64,000 nt of DNA from Candidatus Krumholzibacteriota bacterium (GTDB taxonomy: Bacteria > Krumholzibacteriota > Krumholzibacteriia > JAJRXK01), in assembly GCA_963764625.1 (NCBI GenBank), contig CAVXTH010000007.1:96001-160000 (forward strand), read 5' to 3'. The translations under genes and the position numbers were made by a program. Below, piece by piece: positions 63,520 through 64,000 of this stretch; the first letter of the stretch is position 1; every line of letters begins with the position of its first letter. Below the pieces are notes generated by a model. That model saw only the letters and a program-made list of their open reading frames with translations. It was not told where the DNA came from and did not search any database.

Positions 63520-64000
63520 TCTCCCATTCCCTTCCCGAGGGCAGACCTTCCGGATACTGCGTTCCCTCCGCGGGCAGCGTCACCCCCACCGGCTGGTAGC
63601 GATTCGAATAGCGATCGAGGGTGCGATACAAACCGCGCACGCCGATCCGCGTCTGCGGCAGGTCGAACCACTTCGGCGTGCCCAGAGTGAACGAGACATC
63701 CGCCATCAATTGCAGGGGATAGGTCAGGTTGTGATCGTGGTGGTAGTCGTAGGGGCCGTAGTCGTTGACCTTTATGAAGCTGGAAAAAACCAGGGAAGGC
63801 CAGGCGATGCGGCTGTCGATCCCGAAGTGGTGGACGAGACGCGGATTGTCTCCATTGGGTTCAGCCGTTCCGTAGTAGAGGTGGCTGATCATCCGCACTC
63901 TTCGGCTGAGGCGATTGACCACGCGTCCGTGAAGCTCCCACAAGTCGCGCGCCGGAGTGGCGCCGGGAAAGGCCAGGATCGTGTTGTCGGCCGAGATGAA
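63491..64000 (-). CDS. C-terminal part of a large glycosidase-associated / outer-membrane-type protein (5' end outside window)
   Basis: Frame open to the window edge. GPYDYHHDHNLTYPLQLMAD and GREWEIRTY resemble C-termini of GH2-type proteins from beta-glucan loci. Confidence 0.55.
   Translation of the reverse strand, partial: FISADNTILAFPGATPARDLWELHGRVVNRLSRRVRMISHLYYGTAEPNGDNPRLVHHFGIDSRIAWPSLVFSSFIKVNDYGPYDYHHDHNLTYPLQLMADVSFTLGTPKWFDLPQTRIGVRGLYRTLDRYSNRYQPVGVTLPAEGTQYPEGLPSGREWEIRTYLQLAI

Overview
A 64 kb window from a GC-rich diderm bacterium. The C-terminal [S/T]WGxxK motifs and gene content suggest a Latescibacterota/Krumholzibacteriota/Eisenbacteria-like lineage (inference). The first ~47.7 kb is mostly core genome: alaS (5'-truncated), an ABC-2 exporter, sat-cysC plus a sulfotransferase, lemA-TPM-TPM, a lytic transglycosylase, HEAT-cyclophilin, truA, a divergent transaldolase-family gene, htrA, purB-purL-purQ-(purS-like)-purF, a degenerate radical-SAM/TIGR03936-type fusion with rne/rng, rhomboid, LOG, an archaeal-type GAPDH-like gene, a PP2C sensor, suhB, pepF, a glnA-like gene, tRNA-Leu, and smpB-amidase-GerMN-murI-rph-rdgB-tRNA-Pro. 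After tRNA-Pro comes an accessory envelope region: two secreted proteins sharing a C-terminal SWGxxK motif, a shattered GT-C/TolB-like gene, a PAS hybrid kinase, a GT2-LAB_N-ArnT cassette, a DUF4956-CotH-VTC operon, and a ROK-regulated carbohydrate locus with a clear promoter and operator. The best candidates for an undescribed system are the DUF4956-CotH kinase-VTC operon, the SWGxxK C-terminal sorting signal, and the cysteine-less radical-SAM fusion with its structured leader upstream of RNase E/G. Several single-base frameshifts, mostly at short homopolymers, suggest long-read consensus errors. No CRISPR array, rRNA, integrase or transposase was seen. All family assignments come from motif recognition, not from database searches.
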